Source: Octopus sinensis (lineage: Eukaryota). Taken from it: 20,825 bases of DNA. The translations under genes were made by a program, and so were the position numbers. A model generated the notes under the pieces. That model was not told where the DNA came from. It saw nothing but the letters and a program-made list of their open reading frames with translations, and ran no database searches. Positions 20,468-20,825 of this stretch are shown here, piece after piece. The stretch is from NCBI RefSeq assembly GCF_006345805.1, contig NW_021823941.1:1-20825 (forward strand), read 5' to 3'. Every line of letters begins with the position of its first letter. Position 1 is the stretch's first letter.

Positions 20468-20825
20468 ATATATATTAAGGTATGTAGAAAATACAACATG
20501 GACAAGAACGTAATAACTCATAGAAGACGATACAAAAACATGGACAGGACATTCGAACCCCTCAGTCTTCAGTCAAGAACCGGATCATCGTAGTAATTTC
20601 GGCTGATTACAAGCTTTTATCTGTAGACTTCTTTAATCAATCTTTGATGCCCTTCTTTTCCCTTTCATTCTTTACGCTGATCCTTTAGAAATATCCTCTC
20701 TTTCGTTCTTCTACCTCCCGTGTCCCGAAATCCTCTCCCCTTCCACTTATTTCCCCCTCACCCTTTTCCCCCTTCACGTACATCCAGCTCTTCTTCTCTC
20801 TCTCTCAACCTAACACTTTCACTTT

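Noticed and set aside
20541-20578. Minus-strand CTGAAGA...GAATGTC next to (TA)n
   Set aside because: GAAA is absent and stems I and II do not pair convincingly; a family consensus would be needed.

Overview
Gene-poor, repeat-saturated animal DNA; the SINE repertoire suggests a cephalopod (Octopus-like), which is an inference. No intact host gene is supported, and most listed ORFs are translations of microsatellites or SINEs. The window holds three tRNA-related SINE families, fossil DNA-transposase fragments (two hAT types, hATm-like, Chapaev3-like, Tc1/mariner), a non-autonomous Helentron-type element, a 5'-truncated CR1/L2-like LINE end, two tandem arrays seeded from one SINE family (about 173 bp and 17 bp units), a 288-bp triplication and many microsatellites. 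The main signal is a dense set of minimal type I hammerhead-ribozyme motifs from several unrelated families (1996-2037, 2736-2777, 2983-3045, 11193-11236, 16417-16451, 19627-19662, plus two decayed copies). Each lies in a short non-coding module bounded by microsatellites, and one pair forms a retrozyme-like tandem with a monomer of about 331 nt. All folds were read by eye; no activity is demonstrated.
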